A stretch of 64,000 nucleotides of DNA, taken from positions 4,464,001 through 4,528,000 of the forward strand of contig JBHGNT010000003.1 in NCBI GenBank assembly GCA_043228905.1, in the 5' to 3' direction. Position numbers and translations under genes: made by a program. Below are positions 24,526 to 38,403 of this stretch, piece after piece (position 1 is the stretch's first letter; every line of letters starts with the position of its first letter). Source of the stretch: Azolla caroliniana (Eukaryota; Plantae; Polypodiophyta). Under the pieces are notes generated by a model that saw only the letters and a list, made by a program, of their open reading frames with translations, searched no databases and had not been told where the DNA came from.

Positions 24526-27500
24526 ACAGGAAGAAAACTCTCGGAGCAAAACAAGTACGAATCGGCCCGGATGGGGCATCTACGTACACGGCCGTAACCG
24601 GAGGAATGAAGAAACAATACCGACAAGTGGAGGATAAGTTACGGTCGGCATCAATAATAAAAGAAGACGAAGAAATCGTGGGAGTGATCGAGGAAGTGTT
24701 CTATGGGAATACACTACAACGGCTTGAAGAGCTTGCGGAAGATAAAAGCCAAGAGAACCGGGTAGTCCCGGTGGAATCGGTCGAGATGTACGAGATCGTT
24801 GCGAAAATGGGGCCGGATGCGCTCCGCAAAGAAGAAGCAATGGTAAGTACGAAATACAAGACCGTGGAGAAGAAGGTGAAACCGGCCGCGGGACCACTAC
24901 CCGCCGATAGCGAACAAAAGAAGAAAGAAGTCTCGGGAGATCCGACACTTCGGAAGTCCGTGGATATCGGACATGCCTTCACAGATGAGACCCGGAAGAA
25001 ACTTCGGATCGGTGGAGGTGGGTTCCTCTTACAAGAAGAAGAAAAACGGTTTCGAGAGATGTTGGAGCAACATGGCAAAGCATTCGCATTCACATCGAGG
25101 GAGATCGGATGCATTGATCCAAAGATAGTGGAGCCGATGGTGATTTTCACGATTGATCATGTACCGTGGAACCTGAAGCCGATTCCGGTGCCACGGGCGC
25201 ATATTCCGAAAGTCATCGACTTGCTCAAGGAGAAGGTGGCGATGGGGATTCTAGAGCCATCAAGTGCTCCGTACTCAAATCGATGGTTTACGGTTCCGAA
25301 GAAGAATGGGTCACTCCGATTCATCCAAGACTTGCAACCGGTGAACAAGGTCACGATCCGGAACTCGGGAGTCGGTCCGATAGTGGACGAATTCGCGGAA
25401 GCTTTTGCCGGACGTGCGATATACTCCATCGGGGACCTATACTCGGGATATGACCAATTCCAACTAGCCGTGGAGAGCCGAGACATCACTACCATGCGGA
25501 CACCGATAGGACTAGTTCGAATGTGCACACTACCACAAGGAGCGACAAACTCGGTTGCACATATGATGAACGCGATGAACAAGGTGCTTCGAGATTGCAT
25601 CCCGGAGATAACGATGCTGTTTCTAGATGACATTCCGATGAAAGGATGCGTGGTGGAAGAAAAAGATGAGACTATGGATGATCGGGGATGCCGAAAGTTC
25701 GTGGTCGACCATATTCATGATTGCGAGAAAGTGTTGCGAAAGCTAGAAGATGTGCACCTAACACTTTCCGGGGAGAAATCGGCATTCGGGCAAGAAGAAA
25801 TATTGGTGGTCGGACATCTATGTGGACCCTACGGCCGAAGACCGTCACCAACAAAGATCGATGCGATTCAAGCTATGAAGGAAGTATGTGAGTCAACATC
25901 GGAAGTCCGAAGGTTTCTGGGTGCGTGTGCATTCTATCACATATGGATTCCGCACTATGCACATATAGCGGACCCGCTCTATCACTTGTTGCGGAAAGGT
26001 AAGAAATTCGAGTGGAAACCGGAACACACTAAAGCCATGAGGAAGCTCAAGAAGACACTATGGAGGGCGGAATCACTTAGGAAGCCAAGCTACGAGCGGC
26101 CAATCATACTAACGGTTGATACAAGTCCAACCGATATCGGGTGGGTCATCAATCAAGCCGACTCGGATGGTTCGCGGTATCCGATCCGATTTGGAGCAAA
26201 GGTCCTCAATGAAAGGCAACGCGGATATGCACAAGTCAAAAGAGAATTGTGGGGAGTCATGTCGGCGATAAAATCGGATCGGGATTATTTGATCGGAGCT
26301 GAAGTGGTGATCGAGACGGATTGTCTTCCGATACTCGGGATGATGCGGTGTTGTACGATACCGGATGTGGCTATGCTAAGGTGGATTGCATATGTCAAGT
26401 CACTTAATCCGGAGGTTCGACACATCTCGGGGAAGGACAACGCGGTAACGGACATGTTATCGAGGGCGCGGTTTGAAGACGACATAACCGAATCAGATAA
26501 TGAAGAAGTTTCCGAAGACTACTTCACGTCAGAACACATATGCCGAGTGAACGTGATCCGAGAATTCCGGGAAGAAGAATACGAGGGGGAAACCTTGATG
26601 ATCGGGAAGATGCTACAAGAGGTCGAGGATTCAACCAATGATAAAGAAAGGAGAGCCGAGATCTGAAGGAAGAAGAGGCAAGTCCAAAAGTTCTTCTTGG
26701 AAAACGGTTTAATATGGAGGACGCCGAAAAGACCGGATGGGATACCACTTCGAGTAGTCGGGACGAAAGAGCAACGAAACCGGATAATGTCCGAGTTCCA
26801 CGAATCCGATTGGGCTGGACATCGAGGAACATGGGCAACTTTTGTGAAAATCAAGCAAAGGTATTGGTGGAAGAACATGTATAAAGATGTCGCGGAGTTC
26901 ACAGAAAGCTGCGAGAAATGCCAAGTCTACTCCGGGGTCCGACACCGAGATGAGCTGCATCCGACATTCTCACCGACAATCAACTTCAAGTGGATGGTCG
27001 ACATTGTAGCTATGCCGACCGGGATTGGACAAAAGAAATACTTGGTGTTAGCTCGAGAAGATCTCACAAACCAAGTTGAAGGTCGAGCGCTTCGGAGGAA
27101 AACGTGTGCCGCGGTGTGCCAATTTCTTTTGGAAGAAGTGTTTTGTAGGTACGGCTGCGTAGGACAAGTGATTGCGGACCGGGGAGAACTCGACTCGGAC
27201 AAAGCTAGGGGATTCTTCGCCAAACATGGAGTTCGGTTAACGTTGACAACGGCCTACAATCCGGAGGCCAACGGGAAGATCGAACGAGGACATAGTCCGA
27301 TCGTGAAAGCACTTGCGAAGGCATGCGACGGAAGGGTGAAGGATTGGCCACAAATGCTTCCGTATGCACTATGGGCGGATCGGACGACGCATAGCTCCGT
27401 GACAGGTTACATGCCGGCAGAACTCATGACCGGACAAGCACCGGTAATGCCAACGGAAACCGCAATCGCGACATGGACAATACTACCGTGGAAGGAAGAG

Positions 27501-28073
27501 ATGAGCCGGGAAGAACTACTAGCGGTCCGGATACGACAACTGGAGGGAAGACCGAAAGATGTAGCGGAAGCGTCACGCCGACAACAAGAAGCACGGTTCC
27601 GGAACAAAAGCCGGTTCGACACAAAGCACCGACTACGACCGAGGAGGATTGAAGAAGGAGATTGGGTGATCGTCTATGATAGTAGCTTGGACCATCAACA
27701 TACAACGATGCGGAAATTCGCGAAAAGGTGGTTCGGGCCGTACGAGGTTCGGAAGGTCTTTGACAACGGGACGTATCGACTGTCCGAGTTGGATGGAACA
27801 ATACTACGAGTGCCTATAGCCGGGAAGCGGGTGAAGATTTTCAAGAAGCGGACCGACGACAAACCTTATGTGATCCAAGTCGAGGCCGACAACGAGGAGC
27901 AATCGGACGAAGACCACAATGATGCGGGAAGCGAAGAAAGTGGATTACAACTCATAGTCGACATAAGGGGAGAATCGGAGGAAGCTTCGGATGAAGACGG
28001 ATATGAAGAATCAAGAACTTCGGCACATACCGGAGGATGTGCGGGTTTGGAGGGGGCGAGTGTCGTAGTGTAG
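24465..28073 (+). CDS. pol: Pol (RT-RNase H-integrase) of element B, with a single in-frame TGA at 26664-26666
   Basis: RT motifs DLYSGYDQ, LPQGATNS, FLDD; RNase H LTVDTS; integrase HHCC, WMVD...ADRGE...KIE and WFGPY; no chromodomain. ORFs 24606-26666 and 26697-28073 are in the same frame, and the stop is probably CGA>TGA. Confidence 0.9.
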
Positions 28074-31000
28074 GTTGCACACTATGTGGAAATTATATTT
28101 TTGTCCCTCCGGATAGAGAATGGAGTGCTCGGTGAGAACCGGAAGGAAACGGCATACCGGCAAGGAGGAAAACGGCATACCGGCAAGGAGGAAAAACGGC
28201 ATACCGGCAAGGAGGAAAACGGCATACCGGCAAGGAAGAAAACGGCATACCGGCAAGGAAGAGCTGGATAAAGAGACATAAATGTAAAAAGAAAGGAAAT
28301 ACTCACTACTGCGCAAGGCGTGATTCGAACTCTACACCTCCACGTTGACAAACCCCAACCTTACCATTACATTAAATTATCTTAAGAGTTTTAAATATAG
28401 ATTTAATATGTATAAGACCTTTATTTATGCATACCTTTATTAAAAGGTAAATCGTGTATTTCTTTAATATATGAAAAAGAAAAAACACGAGACATTAAAA
28501 ATAACTCATGCACATCTAGCGTACATGAGCCCTATACTTAGGAAATAAAAAAAGCATCACATGCACATTTAGTGTGCATGAACATATGAGAAAAAGCATG
28601 TAGCTATGCTTAGTCTCTCCCATCACTATATAAGGATGGGGAGCACATTGTAGTTGTTGTTGATTATTTGGATTAAGAATTAATCAATACAAAATTTATT
28701 CGTGGGATTCACGATTTATACATCTACTTCTCTCTTAACACCCTAAGTACCAATTAATATAGTATACTCGTGTGATTCACGAGTTTCTTATCTTTCTCTT
28801 TGCTATTTACTCATAATTAATCTCTATCTCACGAACTTCTTTCTCCTAGTCCAAGACCTCTGTGGTTCCCACCCGACTCACGCAACTATCCGGAGCCGAA
28901 AGGCACGACAGCGCGTAACAACGCGACAATGTGTGTTACTTGGGCGGGACCACGGGGGTCTTGGACTAGGGAGTACTCAAGGGATAGAGAAGACCCGAGG
29001 TTTGCTTTACGACAATACTACTTCCCGACCCCTTCCCGAGCAAGGTCTCGTTGCCCTTTGTTTTGTGAGGCCAGTGGCTCTCGTTGATCACGACTCGTCG
29101 ACCTTCCGAGATCACCGTACGAGCCAAGTGACCAAACGGGTACAAGCAAGATGAGCACGCAACATGAACGCACAAGGGGATGATAACACAAACATGAATG
29201 TCTGTACGTCTTTATGAGGAGAAGAGGTGCATGGGTGCGCCCGAACGCTCCCTCGTCACAAGACGTCGAACGTACGAGGAAGACACAAAACACATGCACA
29301 AAATGCTCGTACGCCTTTATGAGAAGGAAAGGTGCATGGGCAAAAGCCCAAATGGTCCCCTCGTCACAAGACGGCCGAACGTACGAGGAAGACACAAACA
29401 CACACAAATGCTCGTACGCCTTTATGAGGAGGAGAGGTGCATGGGCGTGCCCGAACGGTCCCCTCGTCACAAGACGGCCGAACGTACAAGGAAGACACAA
29501 ACACACGCACAAATGCTCGTATGCCTTTATGAGGAGGAGAGGTGCATGGGCAAGCCCGAACGGTCCCCTCGTCACAAGATGGCCGAACGTACAAGGAAGA
29601 CACAAACACACGCACAAAATGCTCGTACGCCTTTATGAGTAGGAGAGGTGCATGGGCATGCCCGAACGATCCCCTCGTCACAAGACGACCGAACGTACAA
29701 GGAAGACACAAACACTCATACAAATGCTCGTACGCCTTTATGAGGAGGAGAGGTGCATGGGCAAGCTCGAACGGTCCCCTCGTCACAAGACGACCGAACG
29801 TACAAGAAAGACACGAATAAAGAAAGAAGGAGAGAAAGAAACACGAATGATATTGACCAAAGAGATAAATACGTGTTCGATTCTAACGCAAGAGGACCCT
29901 TTATAAAATAGGGTTCGTTTACAATGGCAACTTATAGTTAACCACAAGCTCAATCAAAACATAAATATTAAATGCCCTTAGAGACAAGGCAAAACCGAAC
30001 ACGGCGAAGATGAACACACGAGCACCACCAAAATGCCAATCCCAACGAACCACGACCACCCGAACGGCGAGCACACGGGCTCGCAACGACGAACGGGGCT
30101 CGCAACGTTGAACCAACGAAGCTTGGGCTCACGAGCACTTCGAGTGCCGACGCGAATAAGCCGAGCACGTGACGATGGGGGGATGAAGGGGTATGAGATG
30201 AAGAGAAGTGGTGAATAAGGAGATGAAGAGCTTCGAAGGAAAATTGGCGATAGTCTCCTCCTCCCAAAACGTCCCCTCAATGAGCCCCCCTCGACCTCCT
30301 TTTATAGGAAAAAAAGAAGGGGGGGTCGCCAAATTTGTCTTCAATGAAAAAGGAATAAAATTCCTTAAATCACGCTGCACTATAAGACTAGATTCAAACC
30401 ATGCACCTCTAGCTAGTAGTCAATGTGACTATCCACTAGCCCACTAACTCTCTCTTATAATATATAAAATTCTATCTCTATAAATTTATAGCTTGTCTCC
30501 CCTCTACCTTTTATCTCTCCTCTCTCTTACTCTTTGCACGAGCTTCTATACTTCCTTTTCACCCTTTCTTTTCCTTTTTATTTTGCATATGCACAATTAA
30601 TCGCTTTTGTGTGCACACACATTGCACATGCACATTTTTGACCCCCCCTTTCGCCGGTTTTTCCCACCCTCGAGCACGCCACATAATGACAACGTGTTGA
30701 GAGTTATGGTGACTTAACTCTTTATGACTCGTCTATACATTGGAAGAATTTATATGAGTTGTCTCTTGCCGAAAAGATGATGCACTATGGTTCTCTTTCA
30801 CATATGTCTCCCTTCTTTACAATTGAAGATATTTTCATAAGACTTAAGAAATTGGTCTCTCGAATGGCAAGCAATCTTCAATGTATAAGCTATATGTTTA
30901 AAAATTGGCTGAAATGCTCAAATGGATAGGAAAGGAAGCACGTGTATGGATAAGCTATATGTTTAAACATGCATTGCAACATGGTATGTCGTACAATTGG

Positions 31001-32852
31001 ACTACAAATTGGATCAAACCTTTACATAAGGTGGAGATGTAAATAATGTAAACAACTATCGAACCATCATGGTGGGTTCGCTAATGGCAAAACTATTTGG
31101 ATGTATAATGGAATCAAAGATAAGTGCATGTGCTAAAAGAAATTATGAGAGAGCTTATGGACTAGTTGACTTTCGAAAACACCATAACACCATTGATCAC
31201 CTTGTCACCCTTTGAGTATTAATGGAAGAAAGTCGCCTTAGAGGTAAAGATTTATATTGTTGCTTCATAGACTTCGAGAAAACTTTTGATATGGTACCTC
31301 GTGAGCATCTTTGGAGGTGAATGGAAGAACTCGAGGTGCCACGTGAATATATGCTTGTAGTTTCCCGAATATATGAGAATGTTATATGTTGTGCGCATAT
31401 GCGCAATAGACTTTCATAAATTTTCAATAGCACTATTGGTGTTATGCAAGGATTCCCACTCTCACCAACTCTATTTGGTTTATGCATTGATGAATTGGAA
31501 GAAAGGATTGTCAAGTTTGTAAAGGAAGAATGTGTTGATGACATTGCAATTGGAAATGTTGTCATTATGCTTTTGCTATATACGAATGATGTAGTGCTTT
31601 TAGCAAATACTTTAGGAGATGCACAAAAGCTTATGAAGGCATTGGAAATTTTTTGCATGCATACTAAATGAAGTGTCAATAGCTCTAAAACAAAGATTAT
31701 GCTTGTGAAGAGACAAAAAAGAGATAAACCATGCATTATGTACAATAATGAGCCACTTGAATGTGTGGAAAGCTTCAAATATCTTGGCCTTAAAGTTCCT
31801 TCAAATAATAGATGCAATGAATGTGCTACATCCCGCGTAGAGGTGGGAAAGCGAGCATATTATGCATTTGAGAACACGTGCAATCATGGCGATATTAAGT
31901 GTTGGGTCCTCAAGAAATACCTTTTCGACACTTTGGTGACACCAATGCTTCTATATGGGGTGCAAGTATGGAGTGATAGTATCCCTAAATCTAAGTCTTG
32001 GAAAGAGTTTGAAAATGTCTAAAAACATTTTCTTACAAAGTTTCTACAAGTTAAGAAACAAACGCCATACACCCTCCTCCTTGAGATGGGATCACTTCGC
32101 ATTGAGATCATGGCCATGGAAAGGGTTTTTGAATACATGCTTAAGGTTCAAAAAAGTCTCTCACATTGACTTCCTAGAATTACATGGGAAGCAAACAAAA
32201 AGATCCAAAAGACGCATAAAAGCAATATTTTGTGTTCCGGTTGGATGCAATCTATGGAGAAATGGTTTGGTAGATGGGATGCAACACACTTGCTTCATGA
32301 TGCATCGCTAGATTCTTGAGACCTTTTTGCAACGCCAATGTATCATGACATGGGACAATTGTGGAGGCGCATACTTCACACATTATACTACACATGTTGC
32401 ACCTAACTACAAAACCATATTCTTTGCAGAACGGGGAAAACATACACAACGATACAAGTTAGAGCCCATCCCGCTGTTTACCATTGAAATCATTGCTTCC
32501 ATGCAACTTAGCTCACACTCATTATGATGTGAGATGGGGTGTTGGGGCACAAGTGATGAGAGCGGTCGGCAATGCACACTTTGACCTAAACAAGTTTGAG
32601 AGTCTGAGTATCACACTTTGATACAATGCTCTGTCTTTGATCATATTCGACCATGCTTTCTACACACATCCAACAAATCCCAATCCTTGCACGAATTTCT
32701 CTCAAAACCACAACGTGCACTCTTGATTGCAACATTCATTGGTAAAGTTCTTGAACATCAAGAGTCACTACTCACTTTAACATGTATCACAGAAATGTAA
32801 TATTTTTGTTCTCATAGGTCATATTTGACCTCCAAAGATGATAATATAATTT

Positions 32853-32853
32853 A

Positions 32854-32927
<74 letters not shown>

Positions 32928-33008
32928 TCACTCACTCACTCACTCACTCACTCACACTCACGCAGTCACTCACTCACAAACACACACACCCACACACACT
33001 CACTCAAA
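32853..33008. repeat. Compound (TC)n(CA)n(CACT)n microsatellite at the LINE tail
   Basis: Directly visible. Confidence 0.95.
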
Positions 33009-33639
33009 CATCAAGAGTCACGAGTCACGACTCATGAATCACAATTCAATTCCATACATATTATGTAAAAATGATTCACTTTTGGTTCCATGGATCATAT
33101 TTGACCTCCTAGGTCAAATATAAAATATATATATCTATCTCTTTCGTGAGAACGCATAATTATATTAATTGCACTCAAAAGACACGACAATGTTACTACA
33201 ACTAATTTATTTAGTGTTTGCTACGTGGGTAAAGGAACATGTTGAAATGTCAATGGGCAAGAAACACATTTTTTACACCAATACTCCCTTAAACTTCTTT
33301 TTATATGCTTTAATCATATTCAAACATGAAAGCATTACACTTACCCTAATAATTATTCAATCCCTAATACCACACAAAGAGAAAAACAACCTCCCTCTTT
33401 GATTTTAGATTAGGCTATGAAAATTGTGCAAATACCTATTCTCTTAAAGTTAGATAACAAGGTGACATAATTTATCAAAGGCAAGCATTAAATATTCTTA
33501 TTCAAGTGATTCCACAGATACATAGATCTATTGTTAAGATTTGTTGGAAACCAAATGTGATCTATGAGAGGGGGCTTAGCAAACTTCAATTCTCTCAATT
33601 TTATGACTTTGATATTATGGCGTAAACCACCAAGACAAA

Positions 33640-34447
33640 AGCCAGAGTAGTCACATAAAACATTAGCAATGACTTGCAAAATATTCCTTTCTCCTCATTC
33701 TCTTCTTCAACTCAATCTTTTTCTTGGCTATGACCATGACCTTTGAACCGAAATAAAGCGTTCTTGTTCATTCTTTGTTTTTTTGGAGGGACTTCTTAGC
33801 CTACCTTCTCATAACCATGACAACAATAAGTGAACAAGAATATAGGTGTGTTCTAGTTGTTCTATAACACAACACGCATGTTTATGCCCTTGGAGTAGGT
33901 GGATTATAGGTTTCTTGGGGATTTACAACAAGTGAATGCTAAGAAAGGGAAACAATATGAGGAATTAACTCAGAGGGTTCACCAATTTGAAGTTCGCTTT
34001 GTGACAACAAGCTTTGGGACCACCAAGTTCGCCCAAAGAACCTAAGATAAGTCGCTAATGAAGTTTGATGGTACTCGGTAACAATTTTGATCTAATCCAA
34101 GTGTGTCTGTTAGTATCACAAATGTATCCCACCCAATATCCAATTGATTGAGCACAACTAGGGTTGGTCGACACTCTATTGACTGGTATAGTGCTACCTT
34201 GGTTTGCGCTATTAGTACTCAAGAAAAGGTTGTCTATTTTAAATAATTTTGATGAGTTTATTAAGGAATTTTAAGCTTGTTTTTTAGATTTGGATGGTGT
34301 GCAAAGCACTATCATTAAGATTTGAACGTTAGGATAAGGAGATCAACCAACGTCCACATATGTAGCTAATTTATTCCCTTGTTGGATGGACATCCCTAGG
34401 GATGAAGAGGCATTGATCGAACAATTCGATGAGGACTTGGAAACAAT
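33640..34447 (+). mobile_element. Old Tcn1-like remnant (LTR end, PBS-like TTTGAACCGA, degenerate gag)
   Basis: Degenerate PKIS..MKFDGTR, NNFDEFIKEF and DEEALIEQF, similar to the gag at 46400-47620 (minus). Confidence 0.55.
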
Positions 34448-37400
34448 GTGGAAGAAGACGTAAGACCGGAGAGATGGAAGGTGGCGGCGAGGAGACCTAG
34501 AACGATGCCAACGAAGACGGATGAGGAGAAGAGCCCTCGACACCGAATCCGGAGACATCGGCAGTCAAGCCCGTGTGCCGACATGAGACCGAAGAGATGG
34601 AAGGTGGTGGCAAGGAGACCTAGCACGATGCTAGCCAACATGGAAGAGGGGTGGCCTACAAGGAGGCCAAGGATGAAGCCCGGAAGAGCGAAACGAAGAA
34701 GCAAGGGGCGGCGATGCGGGTAAGAGTGTCAGAAGTCGGCCTGACCGAGAGTCGAGTCGATCCAGTCGACATTTCAATTCGGGTGGAACGCGATCCGGAC
34801 ATGGATCATTCGATCGGAACCACTCGACATGCATGAGATAGGTTGAACGAGAACGAAGAGGCAGTTGGGGATGGTCAACCAAGGACGGGTCTGGACGACA
34901 GTGGAGAATGTCGAGTTTTGAATGGCCGAGCAAGACAAAAGTCGGACCGACCCGATCAGGGGTCGGAGGAGTTGAGACCGGTGGATGCGGAGAAGGGAAT
35001 TAGCGGGGATGGTGGTGACGAAGAGAAAGCCCAAGGGGGATCCTCCACACCTGATCCAGAGACTTCGGTAGTTACGGATCAACATAAGACCAAGGAGACA
35101 AAGGGTGGTGGCGAGGGGACAAAGGTCGCAGCAGATGACGACACCGAAAGAAGCAAGAGAGGCGTCACAGTGGACAATGGAGGCCAAGCAAGCCAATCAG
35201 ACAATCAGGACGAAGCGACGATATCAGACACTACAAAGGACAGCGAAGCAGAGAGTACCGACGTGGATACCGGGGTAGCAGTGTGCCTTGTTGAAAGGGT
35301 ACACACCGAAGGACGAAACGAGAAACATCCAATGTGGTTGCGTTAGGGCTGAGTGATGAGCATGGAGGAGATTGACAATGGTGGGAAGCAAGAAAAAGGT
35401 TGGCAAGCGACGGTGCCGGATCAAGGAAATGGTCAGGTCGAAACAAGCACGGACGAGGTGCATAAGGAACGGTTTCATACATGCAGTGGAAGTGGTTAGG
35501 GGTTCGAATGAAGGTCATACATGGAGAACGAAGGAAGTCGGGTTGGGTCGGGGACAACATTTGGGATGTCTGCTCTAACCAACCGGAAAACAGACGAGGA
35601 TGACCGGCTATCAGGAATAGTACTAAGACAGAGAGGGAATTAGTACTAAAAGATGAGGATTAGTATTAAGAGAGGTGTAGAACTCTCGGGAGAAGGAGAG
35701 AGATAGAGAGAGAGAGAACAATGATAACAAAAGATATATATTATATGAAGAGAATATATAGGAATAGCTAGGAGGCTGAAGACTGGCATCGAACCGATTT
35801 GGTTCTCAATAATGCCATGTGCCTCTTTTTATAGTGGATTAGGAATACTCTTGATATTTCTAGAATGTTCCAAAGAAATCTAGAATATACATGGATTTCC
35901 TAAGTGAAAAAATAAATGGAAATAATATTCTTTGTATTACAATGTATAGCTTAATGGTAAGGCTTCAACCCATGTGACACAAGGTCATGGGTTTAAATCC
36001 TTTGGAAGCCATACCATGTTATATCATCACACTACCCCCTCCTTAAGATGACGAGTGTTACGAGTCGTCTTAGATGGAGGACTTGGCTTGTCGGGATATT
36101 GCTGATGAAAGTTCTCAACAAGAGCTCAAGCATTTACCTTCATTCTCGATTGGTTCCCAAGCACGCTCGCTTGGACCATAGCCTAGCCAATTGACCAAAT
36201 AGTAGAGCTAGTTGCAAACAATCTTGGAATCGAGGATGGTAGCTACTTCATACTCCGGTCCTGCTTCAAGCTCGATCGGGGGTGGAGGTGGTGTAATACT
36301 ATTCGGAATAGTGTTGTCTTGATACGGTTCGAGAAGAGAACTATGAAATGAGGTAGATCGAGAGGAAATACGACATCATTAATTTTTCCAATAATACGGA
36401 AAGGACCTAATCGTCGATAGTCCAATTTGTCGCATGGGCGAGTAGTCTTGATGTGTCTTCGTAATAGCCATACCCGAGCTCCAATGTTAAAACTAAACGG
36501 AATCCGATGACGATCCGCATAATCCTTCTGTGTTTGTTGAGCTTCTTGTAAATGAGTAGATAAGTCTACTTGTATCTTGTGTAGCCACTCTAAACGATCC
36601 TCCGCACAAGGATTTGTGGGTAACTCTTGAGTTTCGAATACATACGACCGAGGATGATAGCCTGTATAAGCATAAAATGGTGTAACCCTAGTCGATGAGT
36701 GGACATAATTATTATACGCAAATTCGGCAAAGTGGAGAATATCCGCTTAGTCATCTTGTTGATAGCTTAGAAAACACCAAAGATATTGTTCCAACGTTTG
36801 ATTTGTTCGTTATGTTTGTCCATCTGTTTGCGGGTGGTAAACGAAGTAGAGGTTACAAGTGACCTTAAGCATTTTGAAGAGATGTTTCCAGAATTTCGAG
36901 ACGAATTGGGGTCCACGGTCGTTGATGATACTATCGAGGAGGCCATGATGCCGACATACCTCACGCATGACAATTTTGGCGGTTTCTTCACTAGTGATTT
37001 CCTTAGTACAAGGCAAAAAATGTGTCATCTTCGTATAGCGATCTACTACTGTTAACATCGCATCAAATCCTTTTGAAATTGGAAGATCTATGATGAAATC
37101 TAGAGAAATGGATTGCCACGGCTTGCTTGGAATTGGTAATGGTTCCAATAAATGATTTCTTGGCATCTTTGCTCTGCAACATGTATCACATGTCCGAACA
37201 TAGTCTTCAACAAATTGTCGCATATGAGGCCACCAAAATGATCATTGTACATACTAAATCCAATGTTTTAGTACTACCGAAATGCCCTACTATATATGTG
37301 TCACGACAATTTTCGACTACTCGAAGGAGACAAGAACCATTAGGAACATACAAGAGTTTCTTAAAGAATAGTAATCCATCATGACATTCGAATTGTCGAT

Positions 37401-38403
37401 AGTCTGTACCTAGTTGTTGCAATTGTGAACAAGATGCCCGAGAGGGATCAATTTGTGTTAGAATGGCTTGAACAAAAGTATCTGTCTTCAAGTCTTCACG
37501 TATAGTATCAATAATGTGGGAATCCAATGGCGTATCGAAAACCCACGTTGCGTGCAATCGTGTCGGTCCTAGGATTACTTGCTTTTGATTATCGAATGCT
37601 CGCTCATTGGGACACGATGCTAGATACAAGCGTCGTGATAATGCATCTACCTTCCCTAGCTGCTTCCCAGGACGATATGTAATTTTGAAGTCAAAACAAG
37701 TGAGGAATTGGGCCCACTGAGCTTGACGTCGATTTAATACACAAGCATTCTAGAAGTAGGCAAGATTTTTGTGATCACTGAATATAGTGACTTGATGAGA
37801 AGATCCCTCTAAAAAATGCCTCTATTGTATAAAAGAGTCCACTATTGCTAATATCTCCTTGTCATGTATTTCGTAGTTGATTTCGGCGGTGTCAAACTTG
37901 CATGAGTGGAAAGCCATAGGATGTAGCTTTTCATCATCACCTTGTTGTGACAAAATGCTACCCAAGGCGAAATTTGATGCATTTGCCTCAATGATGAACG
38001 GATTTTTCGGATCAACATGAGCTGATGTAAATGCTTTCTTAAGACTCACAAAAGCCGTGTCTGATTCTTTAGACCAAACAAACGACTGCCCCTTCTTGGT
38101 AAGTTGTGTGAGAGGCAGAATATGCTTTGAGTAATCCTGTATAACTTGGCGATGCCTAAAAAGCATTGCACATCTCGCAACGAATGTGGAGTCTGCCATT
38201 CTACCACTGTTTTGACCTTAGCTGGATCCATAGAGATGTCTTCCGAGGAAATGACATAGCCTAGAAATTCCACCTGGTTGCATTCGAAACTACATTTTTC
38301 TAGTTTTGCATAAAGATCATGTTCTCGAAGTCGTTTTAGTACTAATAGTACATGAGAGTCATGTTCTTCTTGAGTCTTCAAATAAACCAGTAGATCATCC
38401 AAA

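Larger units (their letters stand above)
21549..28910 (+). mobile_element. Full-length, very young non-chromovirus Ty3/Gypsy retrotransposon (element B)
   Basis: LTRs at 21549-22393 and 28061-28910 differ by about 3 substitutions and 2 small indels by eye. TSD GCGC, tRNA-Trp PBS, PPT GGAGGGGGCGAG, domain order gag-PR-RT-RH-IN. Confidence 0.95.
19999..28928 (+). mobile_element. Gypsy-type element C: 3' internal region and 3' LTR (20797-21548 + 28915-28928), interrupted by element B
   Basis: Pre-PPT GGCACATACTGGTGGATGTGC and PPT GGTGGGGGCGGA precede TGTCG at 20797. The LTR ends ACGCGACA at 28928, followed by ATGT of LTR A. Confidence 0.75.
17602..30691 (-). mobile_element. Gypsy-type element A (two ~1.8-kb LTR copies, internal region deleted, carrying nested insertions)
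   Basis: TGTCA...TGACA termini and 4-bp TSD ACGT (17598-17601 / 30692-30695). Near-identical LTR copies at 17602-19160 and 28929-30691. Orientation inferred from the U5 motif at 17625-17665. Confidence 0.85.
17189..32852 (+). mobile_element. 5'-truncated RTE-like LINE (17189-17601 joined to 30692-32852), split by element A
   Basis: RT motifs NNYRTI, CFIDFEKTFDMV, GVMQGFPLSPTLFG, LLY(T)NDVVLL and FKYLG, with many stops. The 3' end is the GGTCATATTTGACC hairpin plus a TATC/TC tail. (TC)n lies on both flanks. Confidence 0.8.

Noticed and set aside
26664-26666. Programmed stop-codon readthrough between RNase H and integrase
   Set aside because: More simply explained as CGA>TGA deamination, and no recognisable readthrough context is present.
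35940-36015. Functional tRNA genes at the A/B-box modules
   Set aside because: Acceptor and anticodon stems do not pair, so these are reported only as promoter-like modules.
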